DNA of 32,000 nt from an uncultured archaeon (lineage in GTDB: Archaea > Asgardarchaeota > Jordiarchaeia > Jordiarchaeales > Jordiarchaeaceae): positions 1-32,000 of the forward strand of contig CAZECW010000076.1 of assembly GCA_964510585.1 (NCBI GenBank), in the 5' to 3' direction. A model generated the notes under the pieces. It did no database searches. It was given only the letters and a program-made list of their open reading frames with translations, and had not been told where the DNA came from. Both the position numbers and the translations under genes were made by a program. Of the stretch, positions 17,359 to 26,817 are shown piece by piece (within the stretch, counting starts at the first letter, position 1; each line of letters begins with the position of its first letter).

Positions 17359-18651
17359 TCATAGGGTCTGAATTGTTTCAAGCTCAAATTCGCAGTAATC
17401 GCTTCCCATAGCTATACACTTTGTTTCTCTGCAAGTCCATTCTTTATTTGTGATCTCTTGAAGAATGCCCGCAAGAGCACCCGCAACAAAGACACATACG
17501 GGCCTATCAGAATGCTTGTAGGATAGTGCAATTGTGGAAATTCCGGTTATTTTTAGTTTGCCTGTATCAACACTTCCCTCAACTGATAGTACTCTACCCC
17601 ACCCTGAGACAGTGTTGTATTTTAAAACTTCGTATACTGGATTTTTATTAGTTATCAGAGCTACAGGTTTTATTAGAAGAGTTGCCCCACGTCCCACTTT
17701 TTTACCCAATTCGAAGAGAATTTTTTGGCACTCTTCATAGGTGTATTTTTCTTCCACACTTCTAATAAAGAGTATGAAGGTCTGTATTGGGGTTATCACG
17801 TGGTTCCAGCCGAGTATCGAAACCTGTCCCATTTCGTTGAACGACATACTTTCTTTTAATTTAGTGAAGGAGTCATAGAGTGGGAAAAGAGTGATAAATC
17901 TGTTTGGAGTAAAAAGATAAGCGAATCTCTGGTTCAAAATTTTGTGAGCTTCTCTTATTAGGGGAGTTCTTGAAATATGTACGTATGACTGCTTTTTTTC
18001 TTCAACTATTTCAAAACTAAAGTTTATGGCATAGTCAACGATATGAATCAAAGTATTAGTAACCTGTGGTTCATGAACATCGCGGTTTACTATTCCCAGA
18101 AATATTCCTCCCTCGCTCTTAGCGTCAAGAGTTAATTTTCTAATCATTCTCAAAACAGTTTTTGAATCAAAGTCGATAATAGAGGAACTTATATTGGCGT
18201 ATATAACAAGTATCGGCTCATCCGGAAATTTTTGTTTGATCCAGTTTTTTGCGTAGTTTATTTCGTAAATTATTCTGTTTGGTTCATTCGCTATCTCCCT
18301 AATGTTCCTAACTTCATCATAAACCAATCTGGTTTTGTTTTCGCTTGAAATTAAGTCCAAAAAGTAAAAGCGGCCTTCCTGGATAGCATTTTGAAATACT
18401 GTATTCATTTTCTCGGAGAAATTTTTCTTAATTTGTTTATTAATTATTTCGAAGGGCAAATTTGTGTGAACCGTTATAACAACTCCGCCTTTTTCCAAAA
18501 AATTTAAAGCTATTAGGGCCGCAAGTCTATTGGCGTCGTTAAGTGTGAAGGAGTCTGATATTACTAAGATTGACAAGCCATCATATAAGCGCCCCAATGT
18601 TTTATCAATATAGTCAATTTCAGTTTTGCGAATCTTCAAACTGTCTCCCAA
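17359..18651 (-). CDS. Degenerate RecA/KaiC-like domain plus V4R domain protein (paralogue 1)
   Basis: ID..LG.L..G...LVISDSFTLNDA; NISSSIIDF; GIVNRDVH; C-terminal SGWG...PVC...WTCRETKCIAMGSDYCEF. Confidence 0.75.
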   Translation of the reverse strand: MGDSLKIRKTEIDYIDKTLGRLYDGLSILVISDSFTLNDANRLAALIALNFLEKGGVVITVHTNLPFEIINKQIKKNFSEKMNTVFQNAIQEGRFYFLDLISSENKTRLVYDEVRNIREIANEPNRIIYEINYAKNWIKQKFPDEPILVIYANISSSIIDFDSKTVLRMIRKLTLDAKSEGGIFLGIVNRDVHEPQVTNTLIHIVDYAINFSFEIVEEKKQSYVHISRTPLIREAHKILNQRFAYLFTPNRFITLFPLYDSFTKLKESMSFNEMGQVSILGWNHVITPIQTFILFIRSVEEKYTYEECQKILFELGKKVGRGATLLIKPVALITNKNPVYEVLKYNTVSGWGRVLSVEGSVDTGKLKITGISTIALSYKHSDRPVCVFVAGALAGILQEITNKEWTCRETKCIAMGSDYCEFELETIQTL

Positions 18652-18728
18652 CCTTCAAATCTTCGATTATTAAATCCTGTATAGCTTTCCTTAGAAGCAT
18701 GAGGGAATATGTGCTCGATGCTAAATTT

Positions 18729-20003
18729 TTAAGGGGGCTGTTCAATTTTCGCCTCAAATACGCACCATTCATCCCCTGTGGCTATGCAGTTTGTCTCATC
18801 ACAAACCCACCTCTTTCCTGTAACTCCCTCTAAAATGCCAGCCAAAATGCTTCCAACCAAGACGCAGACTTTGTGGTTGGATTTTCCATAATAGTGGGAT
18901 AACGTCATAAAGTTGTAAATTTTAAATTTTCCAGATTCTGGGCTCCCCTCTCTCTTGATTAGTCTTCCCCAACCCCGAATTAGGAAGTAATTAAGTGTTT
19001 CTCTTAGCAAGTCACTTCCTTCTAAACCATACTTTGATTTGAAAAGATTTGTTATCTCCAAACCCAATTTTCTACCAAAATTTTCCATAAATTTTTCATA
19101 CTCGTTTATGCCCAAAGTCTTTTCAAGTTCTTTAAACAAAAACAAGAATGTACTTAAAGGAGTAATCAAAAATTCCCTATCACGGAGTAAAATTTTCCCA
19201 TCCTCATAGGAAATATTTCTCTTAAAATCGTCAAAGACTGGAGCCATAGCGGGAAGCTTCATAAAATTATTTTTGGAAAAAATGTAAGCATACTTCTGTT
19301 GAATATTTGCTGAGATTGGCTCCAAAACCGGAGATTTTAATACACGAACATATGGCTGTTTTAAGCCTCCCTCCTCCTCAGTTCTGAGTTCTACCACAAA
19401 ATCGGCCAAATGTATAAGCGTATTTAGTATCAGAGGATCGTGAATGTCGCGATTAACTAGTCCCGTGACAATGTCCCCCCAACGCTTTACGTTTGCAGTT
19501 AACCTTCTAAACAATTTTAACACAGTTTCTGAGCCAAAATCAATAATAGACGAACTTAAATTTAGGTACAAAATCATAACTGGTAAGTCTGGTAAAAAAT
19601 TTTTGACTTTTTCCCTTAAATAATTGACTTCAAACATTATCCTGGCTGGATCACTGTAAATTCTGACTATTCCCTTTAAGCCACTTGAACCTTCATAAAA
19701 AGCCTTATCTTGCGTCATATCCAGATAATAACATCTGCCTTCATTAAAGGCATTCCAAACAATATCAGTATCTTCTGATGAAAACCTTGCTTGAATGTCA
19801 TAATTTATCTTAGAGGCCGGCAAACTTGTTCCTACTACTATGCCGCCTCCCCCTTGCTTAATGAAGTTTAAGCCAACCATAAGGTTAAGATTTATGGCAT
19901 CATTTAAAGTGAAAGAATCACATACAAACAAAATTGAAATACCACCGGATAAAACTCCTAGGTACTCGTCTATGAATTCAACCAATGTTTTCTCAATCGT
20001 CAA
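18729..20003 (-). CDS. Degenerate RecA/KaiC-like domain plus V4R domain protein (paralogue 2)
   Basis: DSFTLNDA; NLSSSIIDF; GLVNRDIH; RGWG...KVC...WVCDETNCIATGDEWCVF. Confidence 0.75.
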   Translation of the reverse strand: MTIEKTLVEFIDEYLGVLSGGISILFVCDSFTLNDAINLNLMVGLNFIKQGGGGIVVGTSLPASKINYDIQARFSSEDTDIVWNAFNEGRCYYLDMTQDKAFYEGSSGLKGIVRIYSDPARIMFEVNYLREKVKNFLPDLPVMILYLNLSSSIIDFGSETVLKLFRRLTANVKRWGDIVTGLVNRDIHDPLILNTLIHLADFVVELRTEEEGGLKQPYVRVLKSPVLEPISANIQQKYAYIFSKNNFMKLPAMAPVFDDFKRNISYEDGKILLRDREFLITPLSTFLFLFKELEKTLGINEYEKFMENFGRKLGLEITNLFKSKYGLEGSDLLRETLNYFLIRGWGRLIKREGSPESGKFKIYNFMTLSHYYGKSNHKVCVLVGSILAGILEGVTGKRWVCDETNCIATGDEWCVFEAKIEQPP

Positions 20004-20054
20004 ACTTTATCCCTCATTATAACTTTTGTTTACCCTCTTGAATAATGGATGAGT

Positions 20055-21332
20055 TTAACCCACAAGTTTCAATTCGAACTTACACCTACTGTTTCCTTTG
20101 GCAGTACACTCTTGTTCATCACAAGTCCAGTTTCGTGAGGAGATTTCTTCTAGGACTCCCTGTAGAACGCCTCCTTGGATTATACAAACGGGATAATCGG
20201 ATTTTCCATAATTGGCGGCAAAGTTGGAAGAGCCTTCAACTATTATGTGTCCGGATTCAATGTCTCCTTTGGGTATGTTGAATTTGCCCCATCCTGTAAT
20301 CGAGAGGTGATTTACTGCGGCTTTAAAAATTTCTTCGTTAGTCAACCTCACTCGGGAAGACAGTGTTCGTACAATGTGTGACCCTATGAGCCTGCCCACA
20401 TTTTTTACTATTTTTGTGTATTCGTTTTTCCCCAGTTTTTTTTCAATTTCTTTTAGAAGAATTACGAAGGAGGGGATCTCAGAAATAATGTAATTCGTTT
20501 CGTAGGCTATTACTTCTCCTCTTTCAAGGTAAGAGATACTTGCCTTCAACTCTTCAAAGGACGTAGGAATAGTGGGTAGAGTGTAAAAGTTGTTGTCAAA
20601 CAAGTCATAAGTAAATTTTTTGTATAATCTTTTATTAGTATCCGTAGAAAGGGGGCTTCTGGCCACAGATACATAGGGTTGCTTTTTACCTTCAATAAAA
20701 TCTACTCCAAATTCAAGTATATAATCAGCCAAGTGAGTTAGGGAGTTAGCTATGCTCAGCTCCTGCATTTCCCGATTTAAAACCCCCAGGAACAAATCAC
20801 CATGCATCTTAACATTTAGTATCAATTTTCTTATCATGCTTAAAACGGCTCTCGGTTCAAAATCCATAATCAGTGAGCTAATGTTCGATTGCAAAATAAG
20901 AATGGGGGCATCGGAAGAACACTTAATATTATCCCTTGTGTTTAAAATTTCATATAGAATTCTGTTGAGGTCATTTACAATAATCTTAACACATTCTGAC
21001 TGGCTAAGGGCAAAGTTATCGATATTTTCCTCTGGTACAATGTTAAGATAGCGTAATCGACCCTCATTCATTGCATCTTGCAAAACACGTCCTTTTTCTG
21101 GAGAGCTGAAATAGATTTCATCTTTTGTTGCAGAAGAGAAGGGAGGGTTTTCATAGAGAAAAATGCACCCTCCACCATTTTTCAAAATGTTTAATGCCAC
21201 TGAATCTGCCAATCTTTGAGCATCATTTATGGTGTTTGAATCCGCTGAAATCAACATTGGTAAACCGCGGTAAAGAACGCCCAGAGAGTGATCCAGAAAC
21301 TCTATTCCAATGTTTTTAATTTTCAAGTCCAC
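20055..21332 (-). CDS. Degenerate RecA/KaiC-like domain plus V4R domain protein (paralogue 3)
   Basis: DSNTINDA; NISSLIMDF; GVLNREMQ; TGWG...PVC...WTCDEQECTAKGNSRCKF. Confidence 0.75.
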   Translation of the reverse strand: MDLKIKNIGIEFLDHSLGVLYRGLPMLISADSNTINDAQRLADSVALNILKNGGGCIFLYENPPFSSATKDEIYFSSPEKGRVLQDAMNEGRLRYLNIVPEENIDNFALSQSECVKIIVNDLNRILYEILNTRDNIKCSSDAPILILQSNISSLIMDFEPRAVLSMIRKLILNVKMHGDLFLGVLNREMQELSIANSLTHLADYILEFGVDFIEGKKQPYVSVARSPLSTDTNKRLYKKFTYDLFDNNFYTLPTIPTSFEELKASISYLERGEVIAYETNYIISEIPSFVILLKEIEKKLGKNEYTKIVKNVGRLIGSHIVRTLSSRVRLTNEEIFKAAVNHLSITGWGKFNIPKGDIESGHIIVEGSSNFAANYGKSDYPVCIIQGGVLQGVLEEISSRNWTCDEQECTAKGNSRCKFELKLVG

Positions 21333-21386
21333 AACCCCTTAAAGACCAAAAATTGAATAATTTATAAAAATTGATTATTTCATGAA

Positions 21387-22670
21387 TCATATTTGGGTCA
21401 ATTCAAATTCACAATAATCGTCACCCATAGCAATGCACCTTACCTCTTTACTAACCCACTTTTTTCCTGTAATTTCTTGAACCGCACCTAGTAAACCGCC
21501 CTCGATTAATATATCCACGGGCTTGTTTGATTTGCCCCACAATTGGGCTAAAGAGGAGTGAACTCTAATTTTTAAACCACCAGATTCAAGACTTCCCTCA
21601 ATGTTTAACACTCTACCGTAACCCCTAGCACCGACATACATAAGAGTTGAATGTAAAAGTCGATCCCCTTTTAAATTAAACTCTGATTCAATAATCCTAA
21701 CATTCTTAGCTCCGAAATTTTTAGCAAGCTCCATAATAATTTTTCTATAAGTATCATAATCCAGACTTTTCTCAAAACATAATAGAAGACTCACAAGGAA
21801 TTGTGTGGGAAGCACAAGATGCCTAGTCCCCAATATTGAAATTTCACCTCTTTGATAAAAAACCTGACCGTCTTCCAATTCGTCCAGATAAAAAGATACT
21901 GGTGAAAAGGTTTCAAACTTGTTTCCCGAAATGTAGTACGCAATTTTTTTGTGCAGAAGCTTCTTAACAAACCCAACCATGGACGTTTTAGATACTTGCA
22001 GATAAGGACGGGGTTGATCTTCTCTAAGCTCCAATCCAAACTCCATAGTGTAGTTTGAAAAATGTTTCAGAGTATTTGTTATTTCCAGCTCATGAATGTC
22101 TCTGTTTACTACACCAATGAGAATATCCCCATTCTGCTTTATGTTTGTTATAAATTTTTTAAACATGTTTAAAACGGCCTTCGAATCGAAATCAACCATA
22201 GTAGAGCTAATATTATGATACAAGAGAATAACTGGACTACCGGGAAACATAGCTCTCATCTTTTCCATCGCACGATTAGCTTCATACAGTATTCTATCTA
22301 TGTCATTTCTAACCAGCACCACACCAACCAAGCCCTCAAAGTTTTCCCCAGAAGGAACTCTGCCAGACACAAGATCTAAATATGTGAAACGGCCCTCATC
22401 CATAGCCTTTATTAAAGCATGATACTTATCAGGCAGAAACATATGCTTAAATTTTCTCGCGGCCAAAAAGTGTGGCTCATCCGTTTGAATAGCAACACAA
22501 GGCAATCCCTGATCTATTAGATTAAAAGCAGCTAACATGCTGAGAAGCAAAGCATCATTCAATGTAGCAGAATCAGCTATGAAGAGTAATACTTGACCTC
22601 CAGAAACGCCTCCCAAAGAAAAGTCTACAATTGGAATCCTAGTTTCAAACTCCAAAACCCAATCCCTCAA
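21387..22670 (-). CDS. Degenerate RecA/KaiC-like domain plus V4R domain protein (paralogue 4)
   Basis: DSATLNDA; NISSTMVDF; GVVNRDIH; RGYG...PVD...WVSKEVRCIAMGDDYCEF. Confidence 0.75.
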   Translation of the reverse strand: MRDWVLEFETRIPIVDFSLGGVSGGQVLLFIADSATLNDALLLSMLAAFNLIDQGLPCVAIQTDEPHFLAARKFKHMFLPDKYHALIKAMDEGRFTYLDLVSGRVPSGENFEGLVGVVLVRNDIDRILYEANRAMEKMRAMFPGSPVILLYHNISSTMVDFDSKAVLNMFKKFITNIKQNGDILIGVVNRDIHELEITNTLKHFSNYTMEFGLELREDQPRPYLQVSKTSMVGFVKKLLHKKIAYYISGNKFETFSPVSFYLDELEDGQVFYQRGEISILGTRHLVLPTQFLVSLLLCFEKSLDYDTYRKIIMELAKNFGAKNVRIIESEFNLKGDRLLHSTLMYVGARGYGRVLNIEGSLESGGLKIRVHSSLAQLWGKSNKPVDILIEGGLLGAVQEITGKKWVSKEVRCIAMGDDYCEFELTQI

Positions 22671-22850
22671 ATATCTAAACAGTTCACAATAATGTATGTG
22701 GTGAAGCCTACTTTATTAAGTTCATCATAGGATAACAAATTCAAATAAATAAGGGTTACCCGAATTCCAAAAAGGGATACCGGCTATGATTTTAAAAAGT
22801 TTTTATCGATTATGAGTTATTATTGAGTATGTTGTGTATTTGTTTGATTT

Positions 22851-24011
22851 TTAATTTGTAGCAGATTTTATTTTGATTCTTTTGTTTATAATGTTCCCTT
22901 CGTTATCTTCATAGGACATTTGGAAACTTTGAACGTTCTTTTCACGCAACTCGTAGTTGAGTTCTACTTCTTTTCCCGCAGGTAACCTTTTTACACCCAG
23001 CATATAAGGCGCCGTTTCGAATAGCTCCTCCTTTATGCCAACCACTTTTATTGTAACGCCGTTAAGCTCTTGTCTCGTATTGTTTGTCACATGCAGGAGT
23101 AATTTCTCTTTTTCTTTTCGCTCCACCGAAACCTCTATTGATTGTGGTAACAGTTTCCCTTTCAATATATTCTGAGCTTTTGGCTCTTCGAACAATCCCA
23201 CTTCCTCAATTGGGGGTAATACAATATTTATTGGTATCTGGAACTTAATACTTTCACCAGTAACCTTTACACATGTAATATCAAGATACCAGTAAGAGTA
23301 AGCTCCAAATGTCTGAGACCACTGAGTTCTTTCTGTAGGCTCCCAGAAATAGTTATAGCTGTGCTCAGCGTGCTGCGGTACCCTGATAGATAAGTAGCCC
23401 TGTGTAGGATTCTTTTCCTCAACAGTAGTCAAAATTTCCGGAGGACTCTTTTTAATGTGGACGCAAACCTTTGCATATTTAGGGCAGGAACAACTAATGT
23501 TCGAGTCATTAACTAAATTTACGGATAATAGTTTTAATCCCTCAGTTTTATAATTCAGTTTAATTACCTCACCGGGCTCAACAGCATCCTTTTCGATGCT
23601 AAAGCTCATCCCCTTAATGGTAAGAGAAACAGGATTAGGCTCAAATCTCTGTTCCGACCTTATTTTGATAGGTTTCTCTGAGACAATCTTAAAAGCTTCG
23701 CCGTACCTATCTAGTTTCCCCACAGAAAGAGAGGCCCTTATAAGGTAATGAATATTTTTTCGTATAAGGGTAGGAACCACTCTTCTACTCACAGGTAGTT
23801 CACGTTCTCTCACATAAATCCCGTTTTCAAGAAAGCCCTCACAGAATATCTCACTTGTAGACAGGGGAAGTTCATTTCCACAAGGCAAGTTAGTGAGGAG
23901 AGTAACCCCACCCCACCAAACCTTTGTATCCTCAGCTAGATCAAACTTAGTTACGGTTCTTACGGATGAACCGGCCGTTGCCGTATCCTTTGCGCGTAAC
24001 TCTATTGACAT
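22851..24011 (-). CDS. Arrestin/Vps26-fold-like protein with a SWIM-like CxC-x6-CxH motif and a C-terminal shared domain
   Basis: G.Y...ELPV...VVPT....IHYLIRASL (arrestin-N-like); SIEKDAVEPGEVI.L and IRVP...S...YL.I...IKFQIPINI (arrestin-C-like); SCSCPKYAKVCVH; tail aa 304-386 resembles the tails of the FrhB and uDENN-like proteins. Confidence 0.6.
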   Translation of the reverse strand: MSIELRAKDTATAGSSVRTVTKFDLAEDTKVWWGGVTLLTNLPCGNELPLSTSEIFCEGFLENGIYVRERELPVSRRVVPTLIRKNIHYLIRASLSVGKLDRYGEAFKIVSEKPIKIRSEQRFEPNPVSLTIKGMSFSIEKDAVEPGEVIKLNYKTEGLKLLSVNLVNDSNISCSCPKYAKVCVHIKKSPPEILTTVEEKNPTQGYLSIRVPQHAEHSYNYFWEPTERTQWSQTFGAYSYWYLDITCVKVTGESIKFQIPINIVLPPIEEVGLFEEPKAQNILKGKLLPQSIEVSVERKEKEKLLLHVTNNTRQELNGVTIKVVGIKEELFETAPYMLGVKRLPAGKEVELNYELREKNVQSFQMSYEDNEGNIINKRIKIKSATN

Positions 24012-24051
24012 CAGTAACTACCCTAAAGAGTGAATTATTTGTTTCCTTATA

Positions 24052-24966
24052 CTAGCCTTCAGCATGGGCTCTAACCACAAGATCAGCAAACATAGACATA
24101 TCGGAAAGCAGTGTATCAATCTTCTCCTTCGCTTTTTCATCCAATTCTTGAGTTTTCATTATCAATACTGCTATTATAAATTTGAATACGTGTAAAGAAA
24201 TCTCTTTACCTCCATCCAGTCCCCGCCCAGTGAATTCTGCGGATTCAGACATAAAGAAGTTCTCTCTCAAATTATTACATGCACTTATGAAATCTCTCAG
24301 GTCCCCTCTTAATTGTAATCCTGTGCTAACTCCCTGAACATTGTGTACAATCACATTACCCGAAGTATCACTAATAATAATTCTGGCTGGAATTTCACTC
24401 AACTGTTTCTGGGCAGTTTCAACATGCTTCTCCAAAGACTTGTAACTCGCAACCAATATGTCCCGAAATATTTCAGCGAGTCTCTCCTGTTCATAAATTG
24501 AAGTCACATGAAAAGTAGGATTCCACCTAGAAAACAAATCTAGGAAGATACTCTTAGCCTTTTCCAGATTCGTGTCAAGAAGCTCCTTCACATAATCCTT
24601 CAGATCATACTTGTGGAAGAAAATGTGCACCGCAGGCTTAATATTATTCTTTGTGAACAAATCAATAATCTGTTTAAAGTACTCCTTCGCAGCCTCGAAA
24701 CTCTCAGGCTCATGAAGATCCACAACTGGAATCAAAACATCCGTACCCTGAAACACCTTTGGATCACTAATATAAGACTCTCGGTACTGCTCCTGACCAC
24801 CAAAGTCAAATATTGAAACCTCCAAGCCTAAGAAGGGATGCCTTCTAATCTCATACATAATAGTTGGAGCCGCACCCACAGTCTGTTCAGGCTTCTTGCC
24901 AGCAAACGTAGTCAAATATATACTAGTTTTCCCACATCCTGAAAGTCCAACCAAAGAGATTTTCAA
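24052..24966 (-). CDS. Small GTPase, Rag/Gtr1-like, with a C-terminal roadblock/longin-like domain
   Basis: G1 GLSGCGKT, G2 PT, G3 DFGGQ, G4 HKYD, G5 TSIY; C-terminal RIIISDTSGNVIV... of about 110 aa; TTG start with GGAGG SD. Confidence 0.85.
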   Translation of the reverse strand: MKISLVGLSGCGKTSIYLTTFAGKKPEQTVGAAPTIMYEIRRHPFLGLEVSIFDFGGQEQYRESYISDPKVFQGTDVLIPVVDLHEPESFEAAKEYFKQIIDLFTKNNIKPAVHIFFHKYDLKDYVKELLDTNLEKAKSIFLDLFSRWNPTFHVTSIYEQERLAEIFRDILVASYKSLEKHVETAQKQLSEIPARIIISDTSGNVIVHNVQGVSTGLQLRGDLRDFISACNNLRENFFMSESAEFTGRGLDGGKEISLHVFKFIIAVLIMKTQELDEKAKEKIDTLLSDMSMFADLVVRAHAEG

Positions 24967-25017
24967 CGTTCTCTAACCTCCGCAAACACAAAGAATCAAA
25001 TAACTATTTAACATTTA

Positions 25018-26535
25018 TTATTCCGTTTTCCTACCCTCACTCGCCTTTTTACCCTCAATATCCTTCACACTAAGCTTCTGAGACAGAATAGTCCCCTGCC
25101 TATCAGAAATAGTCAACAAGTACTCCCTATCATCCTTAACCCTAGGATAACAGAATTCAAGCTCCTCAAAAGGATACCACGCCTCAATCTCAGTCTCCCA
25201 AGCATTGCTCTCAAATAAATCCTCCAAGTGAGCAATCCTAACCTTAATATCACTTATTGTTTTCCCCGAATTATTCGATAAAGTTATCTGAAGCATAGTG
25301 TCTCCATTAACAAAACGTGCATCCGAAACTTTAAGCAACTTTTGAAGAGCACGCTCAGTTATCCCTGCCTTCGCTTCTGCCTTCTCCTCAACCAAAGGTA
25401 TTGCTCCCCGCCGTTCTACAGGTTCAGGGATTCCAGCTGCTGTCGGAATATACTTTAAAACGTAGGTTTGACGCCTCCTCTCAGTGTACATTTGCACCTT
25501 CTTTAACCTTGCTAGATTTAAAACCTTCTGCAAACCATCCCGATCTAGGGGCTGTAAAGTTAAATAACCATTCTCCATCGCATCCTCAAGAAGTTCATTA
25601 GCCACACCAGTACGCACCAGTATAGTCGAATACCCGTCAGGAGATCCAACACTCCCTACAGATATGTCAGCTAACTCCGAGGTTAAATCCCTACAATAAT
25701 GACAGCTTGTTGAACGATACTTGTCAAGATCCTTCACCGGCCAAGCAGCAGTCTTATCGCCATTGTAGATTATGTTGAATTTGCCAGCCGATATACTCAT
25801 TTTACTAATGGAACTCAGAGGTATTCCTTGCTTTATTTCAAAGAACTCCTTTAAGCCATCATGATAAAAAGAGTCCATACAGAATAGGCCTATTTTAAAT
25901 ATTTTCACCTTCATAAGTAAGTGGAGCAAACCGAAGGGCTGCTGCTGCATTTTGGTCACTGCGTCTATATTGCAGGGAGTGCCCACAAAGGCTATGGAGC
26001 GATACCCTTTATTAATCGCTTCAACCAAAGCCTCAACAGTTCTGCTGTGAGAGTAAACACTACCAGAAGATTTTAGAAGATCCTCAGAACTTGAGACTAT
26101 TCTTGCAACAGGCTTCCAAGGCTCCCTCTCATCCTTTTGAGTAACTATTGCAGCATCTATCAAACCATGATCCATAGCATACAATAGGAGAGAAGTTACA
26201 ACCCCACCATCCTGACCCTTAACTTTGTCTATCGCAGATTTGCCTATAAAAGCCGCAATGTAATCTCCAATCAAGGACTTTACAGAAGTTATAGTTCTGG
26301 GACAAGCACGGTAACATATTCCACAAGCAGTACATTTCCCAACCAACTTGGGAACCTCATCTTCCATCACAAGAGCCTTCTCAGGACAAACCGAGACACA
26401 GGTGCAACACGCTGTGCAAACGCCGCTCCTAATCACTTCCTGATTTAGGCGTCCAAAGTTTTCAAGCTTTTTCACTTTTAAGAGTCTTTCAGGAAAAGTA
26501 TAACTTACGTACCCTTTTTCCTCCTCGTTTAACAT
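25018..26535 (-). CDS. FrhB-family F420-binding flavoprotein with a C-terminal shared beta-rich domain
   Basis: CTACCTCVSVCP, CTACGICYRACP, QDGG, VGTPCN, GLFCMDSF, CHYC.D...ELADISVGSVGSP; extra C-terminal domain at aa 415-493. Confidence 0.85.
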   Translation of the reverse strand: MLNEEEKGYVSYTFPERLLKVKKLENFGRLNQEVIRSGVCTACCTCVSVCPEKALVMEDEVPKLVGKCTACGICYRACPRTITSVKSLIGDYIAAFIGKSAIDKVKGQDGGVVTSLLLYAMDHGLIDAAIVTQKDEREPWKPVARIVSSSEDLLKSSGSVYSHSRTVEALVEAINKGYRSIAFVGTPCNIDAVTKMQQQPFGLLHLLMKVKIFKIGLFCMDSFYHDGLKEFFEIKQGIPLSSISKMSISAGKFNIIYNGDKTAAWPVKDLDKYRSTSCHYCRDLTSELADISVGSVGSPDGYSTILVRTGVANELLEDAMENGYLTLQPLDRDGLQKVLNLARLKKVQMYTERRRQTYVLKYIPTAAGIPEPVERRGAIPLVEEKAEAKAGITERALQKLLKVSDARFVNGDTMLQITLSNNSGKTISDIKVRIAHLEDLFESNAWETEIEAWYPFEELEFCYPRVKDDREYLLTISDRQGTILSQKLSVKDIEGKKASEGRKTE

Positions 26536-26625
26536 TTATCTGTCTCCTTTCGTTTTTCGTTTCTCCGGTTTCTGAACGTAGATCGGGTCTTCAAACAATA
26601 TAGGGTTATAGAGGTATCTTTCCAA
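26536..26625 (-). CDS. Putative 29-aa leader protein (MERYLYNPILFEDPIYVQKPEKRKTKGDR), not in the ORF track
   Basis: TTG at 26625 five nt after GGAG; its TAA directly abuts the frhB-like ATG (TAAATG); lies downstream of a TTTATATA box. Confidence 0.45.
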   Translation of the reverse strand: MERYLYNPILFEDPIYVQKPEKRKTKGDR

Positions 26626-26666
26626 TTTTGCTCCAAAGTTATAGTTGGAATTATATTCTTGTCAAG

Positions 26667-26680
26667 TATATAAATTTTTT
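26667..26680 (-). promoter_or_regulatory. Candidate TATA box/BRE for the leader ORF-frhB-GTPase-arrestin unit
   Basis: AAAAAA-TTTATATA on the - strand, about 42 nt upstream of the leader TTG. Confidence 0.45.
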
Positions 26681-26817
26681 AGAAGACCTTAGACCTGCGT
26701 TCTAGAATCCTATAATCGTCAATAGTACAGTTTTTTGCATATTTAATACCTTTTCGATTGTGCAGAATGTTGAAAAAAGGTTCATATGGGACGGAAAGCG
26801 TCAATGTTTTTCCAATT

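Noticed and set aside
17359-22670. Calling the four paralogues KaiC clock proteins or active ATPases
   Set aside because: Single RecA-like domain, no GxxGxGKT Walker A and no Walker B Asp.
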